11,499 bases of DNA from Granulicella sp. (GCA_027339965.1 DAHWNL010000068.1:1-11499); one strand, 5' to 3'. Positions 1 to 7,684 are shown, counted from the first letter of the stretch. The notes: generated by a model from the letters alone, not told the origin. A program made the numbers and translations.

Positions 1-1
1 C

Positions 2-49
2 ACCATCCAGGTCGGCTCTCCCGTCCAGCAGCCAGACCCCAACCACTAA
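2..49 (+). CDS. 3' end of an upstream gene entering the window (…TIQVGSPVQQPDPNH*), product unknown
   Basis: Frame starting at base 2 reads ACC ATC CAG GTC GGC TCT CCC GTC CAG CAG CCA GAC CCC AAC CAC TAA, mostly C/G-ending codons, stop at 47-49. It is followed by a repeat/hairpin spacer. Only 15 codons are visible. Confidence 0.45.
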   Translation, partial: TIQVGSPVQQPDPNH

Positions 50-75
50 CGCAAGCGAGGCTGGAACAACTCAGT

Positions 76-149
76 GCGTGCGCCCCACATCTCGCTCCCT
101 CCGTCCCGTGAGGGGCGTGCGCCCCACATCTCGCTCCCGCAAATGTGGG
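76..149 (+). repeat. 24-bp exact direct repeat; second copy forms a REP-like hairpin
   Basis: GCGTGCGCCCCACATCTCGCTCCC at 76-99 and 115-138 (period 39). CCCACAT (123-129) pairs with ATGTGGG (143-149). The repeat is seen directly; the REP label is inference. Confidence 0.75.
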
Positions 150-221
150 TTTGCAGACCCTCCCTAGCATCTTCCGTGTTGATGGGTTTCCCGAAGCGGG
201 CTTGCAGCAGGGTCCTCATTC

Positions 222-249
222 CACCCCGGCAGGCTCGCCCGCCGGGGTG
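222..249. terminator. Strong GC hairpin between convergent genes (possible terminator or 3' stabilising stem)
   Basis: CACCCCGGC (222-230) and GCCGGGGTG (241-249) form a perfect 9-bp inverted repeat, extendable by GGC/GCC inside. There is no canonical U-tract 3' of the stem on either strand, so terminator function is uncertain. Confidence 0.4.
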
Positions 250-309
250 AAAACGTAAACAGAAGACGCCGCCGCGCGCGCCCTCCGGTTACGCAGCCAC
301 CGCGAGCGG

Positions 310-1773
310 CTATAGCCACTTCATGCAGCCGGCAGGGGGCAAGCCTGGAACGAGGAAGTTAGCAGTGTTCCCTGTGGCGCGAGCCACAGCCTCAGCGGCC
401 AGACGGCCGCTGCGCACGGCCCCTTCCATCGTCGCGGGCCAGCCCGACTGAGTCCAGTCTCCCGCGAGAAAGAGATTGCCTCCCGGAGCCTCCGACCGGG
501 GGCGGAAGCGGTCCAGCCCGGGTGTTACGGAGAAAGTGGCCCGGACCTCCTTGAGCACTGCGGACTTGAGCACTTCGGCCTGGCAAAACTTCGGAAAAAA
601 CTTCGCCAGCTCCTCTGTGGCGGAGTGAAGAATCTGCTCCGGCCTCTGCCCAAGCTCCGCGTGCGAGGCGCTGATGACCAACTCGATGTAATGGCTTCCA
701 ACCGGACCTTGCCTGGTCTCCGGGCTTCGACTCGTGCTCTCCAGACTGCGGATCCGTGTCTTGTTGAACATCCACTGGATGCGCGTATCCAGCAGGGCAG
801 CGTGATCGAGATCGGTGACCTCACGATCCAGCCAGAGGTGAATCGTGGTAATGGGCGAATGAGTAAATCGGGAGAGCAAGGGCAAAATGCTCCGGCGCTG
901 CGGCGAATCCTCAGGCAGCGCAGCCAGCAGCCGCGCGGTCTGCTCAAACGGCAGAGCCAGAACCAGGTTCGGCGCAGTGTGCCGAATAACGCCCCCGGCT
1001 CCATCCGATACCACGGCCTGCCATAGTCCGCTGGACAGCACTTCGATGCTCTCCACGCCGGCGCGATAACTCAGTCTGGCCCCCTGCTGCTCGGCCCATC
1101 GCGCCACTTGGCCATAGAACTCCGAGAGCGGCTGAGAAGGTATGCCAAAGCGGCCTCCGGCGGCGGATCGCAGAAAAGACTCGTGAAAGACCTGGCCGGC
1201 ATAGCGAGTGGAGCAACGCTCAAACGTATCATTCAAGGTGCCAACGACGATGGGTTCCCAGAAGTGACGAATGGCGAGTTCGGTCTGGCCGGTGCGCTTC
1301 AACCATGCGGAGAAAGGCTCGTCGTCTTCCGTCGGATAGCCGTGGAGAAAACGCAGCAGACCGAGGGCGATGCGGGACTTGTCGGCTAGTGAGAGCATAG
1401 GAGCGCGCAAAAAGCTCAGCGCATTGTGGGCCGGCGCAGGCAGCATTCCAGCCTTGATCTCGCTGCGCCGCGGCGAAGCATCCGCCTGGGATGGCTCAAG
1501 AAAGGTGATGCTGTCATACCAGCGAATGTGCTCGGAGGCGCCCGAGAGCCGGCAGAGATCCACCAGATTGGTGCAGCAACCCAGCAGCACGTGCTGCGAG
1601 TCGATGACCTCGCCGAGTGCGGGGTGGATATAGGAGTAGGCGCGGCCTCCAGCGAAGGGTTTGCGCTCCAGCAGCGACACCCTCGCGCCCGCCCCGGAGA
1701 GGGCAACCGTAGCCGCCAGGCCCGCCGCTCCAGCGCCGATGACCAGAACGTCCGGCATGAGGGAATGAGTCAT
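310..1773 (-). CDS. hpnE: Hydroxysqualene dehydroxylase HpnE (FAD-dependent oxidoreductase), ~487 aa
   Basis: N-terminal Rossmann motif VLVIGAGAAGL, GGRAYS, DSQHVLLGC, and C-terminal LFLAGDWTQSGWPATMEGAVRSGRLAA typical of HpnE; lies directly after hpnC-hpnD. Start placed at ATG 1773, which overlaps the hpnD stop (ATGA); ATG 1791 is an alternative. Confidence 0.9.
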   Translation of the reverse strand: MTHSLMPDVLVIGAGAAGLAATVALSGAGARVSLLERKPFAGGRAYSYIHPALGEVIDSQHVLLGCCTNLVDLCRLSGASEHIRWYDSITFLEPSQADASPRRSEIKAGMLPAPAHNALSFLRAPMLSLADKSRIALGLLRFLHGYPTEDDEPFSAWLKRTGQTELAIRHFWEPIVVGTLNDTFERCSTRYAGQVFHESFLRSAAGGRFGIPSQPLSEFYGQVARWAEQQGARLSYRAGVESIEVLSSGLWQAVVSDGAGGVIRHTAPNLVLALPFEQTARLLAALPEDSPQRRSILPLLSRFTHSPITTIHLWLDREVTDLDHAALLDTRIQWMFNKTRIRSLESTSRSPETRQGPVGSHYIELVISASHAELGQRPEQILHSATEELAKFFPKFCQAEVLKSAVLKEVRATFSVTPGLDRFRPRSEAPGGNLFLAGDWTQSGWPATMEGAVRSGRLAAEAVARATGNTANFLVPGLPPAGCMKWL

Positions 1774-2807
1774 CCCAGACACCTTATCCATAGGGACTCC
1801 GCCATGCCCTTGGCCAGGATGGCGAGCTTGCGCGCTTTGGGGACCGAGACGCGCTCTATGAACACAGCCTCCGGGTGAGCAGCAATCCGCTCCAGCAGTT
1901 CGTGGTAGATCTGGGCCAGGACACGCATGGCCGGACGCGCCTCCCGATCCAGCAGCGGAATCAGATCTGCGGCGCTGCTGTAGTACTCCTCGGCACGCTC
2001 GATCTCCATCCGTAAAAGCTCTCGCGTGGCTGCGTCGACCGGAGAACCCGCACAGATCCTGCAGAAAGACTCTACACTGCAGCCCGCCTGCCGAAGCGCA
2101 TCCTGTGGCAGGTAGATCCGTCCTCGCTCTGCATCTTCGCGGACATCGCGCAGAATATTGGTGAGCTGAAAGGCGATGCCGGTGCGCTCGGCCAGCTCCT
2201 CAGCGCGCGGGTCGGCGTAGCCGAAGATTCGAATACAGACCAGCCCAACCACCGAAGCCACGAGATAGCAGTATCGGTAGAGATCAGGAAAGGTATCGTA
2301 GACGTCCAGCGCCCGCGCGGTGGCAGTCTGGCCCTTGGCGGTTCCCGGGTGGCTGCCGAGTTCAGGGCCGGAGGCCTTCCGATCGATGGTCAACCGCGTC
2401 ACGCCGGGTTGCACCGGCTGCAGATCGAGTGTGGTTCCCTGCACCAGCTTTTCCAGCAGTTCATCGGAGATGCCAAAGCGCCGCTGTGTATCGTTCAGAG
2501 CCAGGAAGATGGGGTCGGAGACCGCTGCGGCGGAACGAGCCTCACGCCAGTTGGCCGTCCAGGCCGCCATGGCCTCACGACGGGCCTCCACCGAGAGCGT
2601 CTCGTCATCGGACAGGTCGTCCGCCTTGCGCATAAAGGCGTACACCGCGCACATGGCGTTGGATTTGTGCTGAGGTAGCACGCAAAAGGAGTAGTAGAAG
2701 TTCTTGGCTTCTCGTCTCGCAATCGTACGGCAGAACCCATAGGCAGCCTCCAGTTCAGCAGACTGCGGCTGTGATGTGCTTTGGCGCGGCATGGACTCAG
2801 CACTCAT
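1770..2807 (-). CDS. hpnD: Presqualene diphosphate synthase HpnD (phytoene/squalene synthase family), 345 aa
   Basis: AKNFYYSF, AVYAFMRKADDLSDD, YCYLVASVVGL, GIAFQLTNILRDVREDAERGRIYLP motifs; located between hpnC and hpnE. Confidence 0.88.
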   Translation of the reverse strand: MSAESMPRQSTSQPQSAELEAAYGFCRTIARREAKNFYYSFCVLPQHKSNAMCAVYAFMRKADDLSDDETLSVEARREAMAAWTANWREARSAAAVSDPIFLALNDTQRRFGISDELLEKLVQGTTLDLQPVQPGVTRLTIDRKASGPELGSHPGTAKGQTATARALDVYDTFPDLYRYCYLVASVVGLVCIRIFGYADPRAEELAERTGIAFQLTNILRDVREDAERGRIYLPQDALRQAGCSVESFCRICAGSPVDAATRELLRMEIERAEEYYSSAADLIPLLDREARPAMRVLAQIYHELLERIAAHPEAVFIERVSVPKARKLAILAKGMAESLWIRCLG

Positions 2808-3820
2808 GCGATGCGATCCTTGCCCGCCGGCGGTTGAACCGCAACGTTGCCCCGCAGAGCCGCCAGCAGCTTGCCCGCCAGGGCCCCGCCCAGCAGCCGC
2901 AGCTTGGCAGCCTTGGAAACCACCGGGCGAGACTGAAGCGTGTCGTAGCCCTGCGCGGCAATGGCATCCAGGATGGCGTTGCCCCCTTTGACGAACAGGC
3001 GCAAACTGGAGGCCAGATCTCCACCAACCATCGTCGCGAGGCGTCCTCCGCGGTTCAGTCGAGCGCGGACGTCTCCAACCAGAAACTCCATCATCGCCCG
3101 GACATTGGCATCGAAGCGGCGGGCGACGAGCTGGTCATCCGATACATGGAAGCGGCGCATGGCGTCGGCGGGAATATAGCGGCGTCCACGAGCTCGATCT
3201 TCCACAATGTCCTGATAGAAGTTCGCCAGTTGCAAGCCGGTACAGATCTCATCGGATAACTGCAGAAGTTCTTCGGAACGATAGCCGCAAACCATCAGCA
3301 CCAGGCGCCCCACGGGATTGGCCGAATAGCGCGAGTAGGCTTCCAGTGTCTCCAAAGACTCGTGATGGGTATAAACCTGGTCCTGCTCGAAGGCGGAGAT
3401 CAGGTCTTCAAACGGCTCGATCGGAAGATTGCACTGAGCAATCGTGGGCTGCAGAGCGACGTACACAGGATGCCGCGAACGCTCCGGTTGCTGGAAGCAC
3501 TGCCGTAGCATGGCCCTCCAGGTGGAGAGCAGACGCGTAGCTGTGTCCCTGTCCCCCACCTCATCCCCGAGATCGTCCGAGGTCCGGCAGAAGGCATAGA
3601 CACTGTGGAAGTGCGGACGCAACGCTGCAGGAAGAACAAATGCCGCCACGTGAAAGTTCTCATAATGCGTCGTGGCCAGCGTCTTGCACCATGCCTGAGC
3701 CTCCGTCAGCGAAGGACGCGTGGCCGGGGTGAGGTACACCGATGGCGCACCCAGAAGCCGGTCGTCCCATCCCTGGGGCAAGCCGGTAACAGCCACGGCC
3801 TTGTCCGATAGCGGGCTCAT
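2804..3820 (-). CDS. hpnC: Squalene synthase-family HpnC (hydroxysqualene synthase), ~338 aa
   Basis: HYENFHVA, VYAFCRTSDDLGDE, FEDLISAFEQDQ, YSRYSANPVGRLVL and ICTGLQLANFYQD are characteristic HpnC motifs. Start placed at ATG 3820, overlapping the upstream stop; ATG 3829 is an alternative. Confidence 0.9.
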   Translation of the reverse strand: MSPLSDKAVAVTGLPQGWDDRLLGAPSVYLTPATRPSLTEAQAWCKTLATTHYENFHVAAFVLPAALRPHFHSVYAFCRTSDDLGDEVGDRDTATRLLSTWRAMLRQCFQQPERSRHPVYVALQPTIAQCNLPIEPFEDLISAFEQDQVYTHHESLETLEAYSRYSANPVGRLVLMVCGYRSEELLQLSDEICTGLQLANFYQDIVEDRARGRRYIPADAMRRFHVSDDQLVARRFDANVRAMMEFLVGDVRARLNRGGRLATMVGGDLASSLRLFVKGGNAILDAIAAQGYDTLQSRPVVSKAAKLRLLGGALAGKLLAALRGNVAVQPPAGKDRIA

Positions 3821-5040
3821 CGCGGCCATCCTCCAGGATTCGCTCCCGCAATCGCTTTTGCAGCCTCGGCTCCGGCTCGTCCGACCGCTGTTTCCCCAGT
3901 GCCGCGGGGCAAGCCACCGGGGAAGATGATGGTCTTGATCTCCGCCGTCACTCCCTCCGCCGGACGGGTCATCATCGCGCGGAAGACCCTGGGAAGATCT
4001 TCAACGGTGGCCATCCCGGTATGAAAATCATGCGCACGGAACCTTCCCGAGACGATGAGATCGAAGGCGCGCCGGGCGGTAGCGGGGGTGTGGTGAAAGC
4101 TGGCCTTGAGGGTCAGGTCAGAGTAGTGGATCAGATTGGTGTCCAAAGCGACGGTGGTTCCGCTGGGAGGCCCACCGAAAAGATTGATCAACCCTCCTTT
4201 GCGCGCCATCTGCACCGCCCACTGCCAGGCTTCCGGAGTCGCCACGGCCTCCAGGACGATGTCCGCACCCCGGCCCTCGGGGGTCAGCGCCCGGGCAGCG
4301 GCGATCGGATCCGGAACATCCGAAACTCGCACCACCTCCTTCGCGCCAAAGTGACGCGCTGTGGCGATCTGGTCTCTGCGCTTCACCACGGCAATAACAT
4401 TCAAACCGGCCAGCGACGCCGCATGGATGAAGAGCAAGCCGATCGGACCGGCGCCCAGGACGATGGCCGTCTTTCCTGCGGCGTCTCCGTCATCGTCTGC
4501 GAAAGAGACGCCCGACTCCTCCAGTCCGCGGAGGACGCAGGCCAGCGGCTCGGTGAGAGCCGCGTCCTCGAAGCGGACGCTATCCGGCAAATGCAACGTG
4601 TTCTTCTCCACAATCCTGGCCGGAATACGAATGAACTCCGCGTAAGCTCCATTGTTGAACAGAAGATCGTCACACAGATTCTGTTGCTGGTTGCAGCAGA
4701 AAAAACATTGGTCGCAGGGAGCTGAGTTGAGCGGAACGACCCGGTCGCCGATCGAAAAGTCAGTGACTCCCTGGCCCCGCTCGACGACAGTTCCGGCCAG
4801 TTCGTGGCCAAACAGGCGATCCAGTGTGAGCATCTTGGCGTGATAACCGCGGCGGTAGACCTTGAGATCCGTGCCACAGGTAAGGGCTGCGCCAACCCGC
4901 AACACCAATTCCCCCGGCCCGGCTGAGGGTATTGGCACCTCCTCGATGCGCAGATCCTCCTGGCCACGCAGAACGGCGGCCCTCATGGAGCGGCGAACAT
5001 CTTCCTCCCGCCTGTCGCCTTGCTGGACAGATCGAACCAT
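3817..5040 (-). CDS. Zinc-dependent medium-chain dehydrogenase (threonine/sorbitol dehydrogenase-like)
   Basis: Catalytic Zn motifs TCGTD and GHE, structural Zn loop CDQCFFC…NLC, EPLAC, and NAD-binding GAGPIG. The conserved domain begins at MRAAVL (ATG 4986), so the start could be 4986 or 5040. Confidence 0.88.
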   Translation of the reverse strand: MVRSVQQGDRREEDVRRSMRAAVLRGQEDLRIEEVPIPSAGPGELVLRVGAALTCGTDLKVYRRGYHAKMLTLDRLFGHELAGTVVERGQGVTDFSIGDRVVPLNSAPCDQCFFCCNQQQNLCDDLLFNNGAYAEFIRIPARIVEKNTLHLPDSVRFEDAALTEPLACVLRGLEESGVSFADDDGDAAGKTAIVLGAGPIGLLFIHAASLAGLNVIAVVKRRDQIATARHFGAKEVVRVSDVPDPIAAARALTPEGRGADIVLEAVATPEAWQWAVQMARKGGLINLFGGPPSGTTVALDTNLIHYSDLTLKASFHHTPATARRAFDLIVSGRFRAHDFHTGMATVEDLPRVFRAMMTRPAEGVTAEIKTIIFPGGLPRGTGETAVGRAGAEAAKAIAGANPGGWPR

Positions 5041-5162
5041 CTCTTTATCATCTCATCCCGCCCTATGTGGCAGGGCGAGGCCAACCCTCGGTCCGGCTCC
5101 GTGCAAGGTTACGGCTGAAAGCTCTGCAAAGCCCGGGGTTCGAAATGCGAAGATGCCGCATC

Positions 5163-5171
5163 TGATACCCT
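5163..5171 (+). promoter_or_regulatory. Possible extended -10 element for mlaE
   Basis: TGATACCCT (TG-n-TAnnnT) ends 17 nt before the mlaE ATG. No clear -35 or SD. Confidence 0.3.
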
Positions 5172-5188
5172 GAGCGAAGCGCGAATCC

Positions 5189-5968
5189 ATGAGAATTTTC
5201 TCGCCAGAGGCCTACGCGAAATCCGTCGTCGCTTCCGTGCAGGAGTACTCCCTGCTGTGTGCGAGAGCCGTCGCCAACATCTTCTCCCGGCCACGGTACA
5301 TGGCCGATATCTATGCCCAGATGGACTCCATCGGCGCCGGGTCGCTGCCCATCGTCGTGCTCACCGGCTTCTTTACGGGCTGCGTGCTCGCCCTGCAATC
5401 GGCCGTCAACCTGAAAGTGTTTGGCGCGGTCAATATGACCGGAGAGCTGGTCACGCTGGCCATGATCAAGGAATTGGGCCCGGTATTGACCGGCCTGATG
5501 ATCTCCGGACGCAACACCTCCGGCATGGCCAGCGAGCTCGGTTCGATGAACGTCACCGAGCAGCTCGACGCCATGCGAGCGCTGGGAACCGATCCGATCC
5601 GCAAACTGGTCACGCCCCGCCTGGTTGCGACCGTCGTCATGGTCTTCTTTCTCACCATCATTTCCGACGCCTGCGGAGTCGGAGGCGGAGCCTTTGTCGC
5701 CGTCTATATGCTCAAACTTAACGCCGCGCAGTTCTTCCACACCGGATATATGTCCCTAGAACATGGTGACATCGTCGAAGGTCTGGTGAAGCCGGTCTTT
5801 TCCGGATTCATCATCGCCACCATCGGATGTTATTACGGACTGAGAACAACGGGCGGAACCCGCGGCGTGGGCCAGGCGACGACTCAGGCCGTCGTCTCCT
5901 CCTCCGTGCTGATCATTCTTGTGGACTTCCTGGTCACTCAACTCATGATAGGCATCTTCGGAAGGTAA
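5189..5968 (+). CDS. mlaE: MlaE-family ABC transporter permease (Mla/Mce/Ttg2B lipid-transport type), 259 aa
   Basis: IGAGSLPIV, KELGPVLTGLMISGR, MASELGSMNVTEQLDAMRALGTDP…LVTPRL and GVGQATTQAVV motifs, with several hydrophobic helices. Confidence 0.9.
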   Translation: MRIFSPEAYAKSVVASVQEYSLLCARAVANIFSRPRYMADIYAQMDSIGAGSLPIVVLTGFFTGCVLALQSAVNLKVFGAVNMTGELVTLAMIKELGPVLTGLMISGRNTSGMASELGSMNVTEQLDAMRALGTDPIRKLVTPRLVATVVMVFFLTIISDACGVGGGAFVAVYMLKLNAAQFFHTGYMSLEHGDIVEGLVKPVFSGFIIATIGCYYGLRTTGGTRGVGQATTQAVVSSSVLIILVDFLVTQLMIGIFGR

Positions 5969-5971
5969 CCG

Positions 5972-6808
5972 ATGACGGCGACGGCCGAGAATCCATGGAT
6001 GGCGGAGTTTCTCTCCAGGGGTGGCCCCATGGTCGAGTTTGAGAACGTCTCGATCGGCTTTGAAGGGAACCCTGTCCTGAGAGACATAAGCTTTCAAGTC
6101 GCCCTGGGCGAGACCCGAATCCTGCTCGGCCCGGCCGGCGGCGGCAAGAGCGTTCTCATGAAGCTCGTCAATGGCCTGCTGATGCCGGACCGTGGCCGGA
6201 TTCGGGTCTTCGGCCGCTGGCTGAACGAGATGAACGAAGATGAGATCTTCCAGATGCGGGCTCACATCGGCATGGTCTTCCAGGAGAGCGCTCTATTTGA
6301 TTCCATCAACGTGGAAGACAACGTCGCCTATCGGCTGGAAGAAGACCACGTCCCTCCCCAGGAGATTCATGAGCGCGTGTTGGAGGTGCTTCGCTTTGTC
6401 GATCTCGAAGAGGCTATAGAAAAGTTTCCCGCCGAATTGAGCGGAGGCATGCGGCGGCGCGTCTCCATCGCCCGGGCAATCATTGGACGCCCCGAGTTGC
6501 TCCTCTATGACTCGCCGACCGGAGGACTGGATCCAATTACCTCTTCCACCATCATCGAACTGGTGGTCAAGCAGAGAGACGTCTCAGGAGCTACCTGTCT
6601 GCTGATTACGCATCGTTTGCAGGACGCTTTCACATTGGCTACGCATCGTTTCAATCTCCGCGAGAACCGTATGGAGCCCATCCCGAATCACCGGGTCGAT
6701 CCAGGTACGCGGTTCCTGGTGCTCAATGAGGGGCGCGTGGTCTTCGACGGAACGACGCTGGAGCTGACCCACACCGAGGATCCCTGGCTACGGGAGTTCA
6801 TCCAGTAG
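5972..6808 (+). CDS. mlaF: MlaF/Mkl-like ABC transporter ATP-binding protein, 278 aa, with atypical Walker B (YDSP)
   Basis: Walker A GPAGGGKS, Q-loop GMVFQESALFDS, signature ELSGGMRRRV, Walker B/D-loop LLYDSPTGGLDP, H-loop ITH; starts 3 nt after the mlaE stop. Confidence 0.88.
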   Translation: MTATAENPWMAEFLSRGGPMVEFENVSIGFEGNPVLRDISFQVALGETRILLGPAGGGKSVLMKLVNGLLMPDRGRIRVFGRWLNEMNEDEIFQMRAHIGMVFQESALFDSINVEDNVAYRLEEDHVPPQEIHERVLEVLRFVDLEEAIEKFPAELSGGMRRRVSIARAIIGRPELLLYDSPTGGLDPITSSTIIELVVKQRDVSGATCLLITHRLQDAFTLATHRFNLRENRMEPIPNHRVDPGTRFLVLNEGRVVFDGTTLELTHTEDPWLREFIQ

Positions 6809-6979
6809 CGTCTTCCCAGTCCACATGCGGCCCTCCGGCTTGGCTGGGAGCGCCTCCCCAGTCTCCGTGGCGTTTGTCTCGCAGGGAAACTTCCGCAGGA
6901 AGTCCGCCGAGCCGGACGCAGAGACCATCCCAACCCGGTTCGGCCCGAAGCCACACGGCGAGGTAGCACCGGGGAGTGC

Positions 6980-7453
6980 TCATGGATGGGCCGTCGACGC
7001 TCCGCCGGCCTCAGAATCCGCATAGCCTTCCCTTCCAGAGGCGGAGCCGCCGGCGCTGGGCAGGGTGAAAATGACCTCACCGGAGCGAGCGTAGTGAAGC
7101 TCCTCGCGCGCGGCGTGCTCAATGGCGTCGGGATCGTCCTGGAGATGAGCGATACGCCGGTTCAGACGCTCATTCTCCGTCTGCAACTGCTGCATCTGCT
7201 GCTCGATCGAATTGGCCTCAGCGCGTTTGCGCAGATAGGCGGTCACGCCATTGTGTCCAAAGATGACGCCATAGGCCATCACCAAGGCCAGCGTTCCAAT
7301 GCCGAGCGTCGCCGCGCGGCGCCGCCAGCGATAGGCGCGCTCCCGCGCGGCCGCAGCCAGTTCAGGCAGCCGGACGCTGTGTCTCGTCTTTTGCAGCGCG
7401 CTTGCCACGCTTCGCCTCGCAGGATGATCCGATGAACGCTTTTTCTCCGCCAC
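6980..7453 (-). CDS. ftsB: Septum formation initiator family protein (FtsB/DivIC-like)
   Basis: Basic stretch, one TM (ATLGIGTLALVMAYGVIFG), GHNG, a coiled coil (…QQLQTENERLNRRIAHLQDD), then PDAIEHAAREELHYARSGEVIF matching the FtsB/DivIC C-terminal motif. Start is uncertain (GTG 7453, TTG 7489, or a later codon). Confidence 0.8.
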   Translation of the reverse strand: MAEKKRSSDHPARRSVASALQKTRHSVRLPELAAAARERAYRWRRRAATLGIGTLALVMAYGVIFGHNGVTAYLRKRAEANSIEQQMQQLQTENERLNRRIAHLQDDPDAIEHAAREELHYARSGEVIFTLPSAGGSASGREGYADSEAGGASTAHP

Positions 7454-7664
7454 AGAATCCTGCCGCTTCCAACCACCGGCTGTCGGCAAGCTGGCCTACC
7501 GCGGCTTGCAACGTGCGGACCCGAATCTTCTCCTTGATTATCGCCCATTTTCTCCGCAAACCTGAGATCTCTTCCATCCAGGGAACCTGATTTGTCCACA
7601 GGCGGCGGCGCGGCCCGCTGACCGGATTTTGCTGAGAAGCGGCGGCATGGAATCTCTCCGGCTT

Positions 7665-7673
7665 TGTTATCCT
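7665..7673 (+). promoter_or_regulatory. Extended -10 promoter element for the small ORF at 7685
   Basis: TGTTATCCT (TG-n-TATCCT) ends 11 nt before ATG 7685. No SD, implying a very short leader. Confidence 0.5.
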
Positions 7674-7684
7674 ACTCGTAGCTC

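Noticed and set aside
76..138. 24-bp repeat as a mini CRISPR array
   Set aside because: Only two copies with a 15-bp gap, too short for a spacer, and no cas genes in the window.
392..5740. Many alternative-frame and antisense ORFs overlapping hpnE, hpnD, hpnC, the dehydrogenase and mlaE (e.g. 4021-4725, 5063-5740, 2771-3259)
   Set aside because: They overlap well-supported genes, lack recognisable motifs, and are expected shadow ORFs in high-GC DNA.
6809..6981. SRP RNA, 6S RNA or tRNA in the mlaF-ftsB gap
   Set aside because: I could not find the SRP domain IV motif, a tRNA T-loop (GTTCRA) in a cloverleaf, or a clear 6S central bubble. Kept only as an unassigned structured candidate.
6798..6983. 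61-aa minus-strand ORF whose ATG overlaps the ftsB stop (ATGA)
   Set aside because: The overlap is suggestive, but the peptide has no recognisable features and runs into the mlaF 3' end, so support is insufficient.
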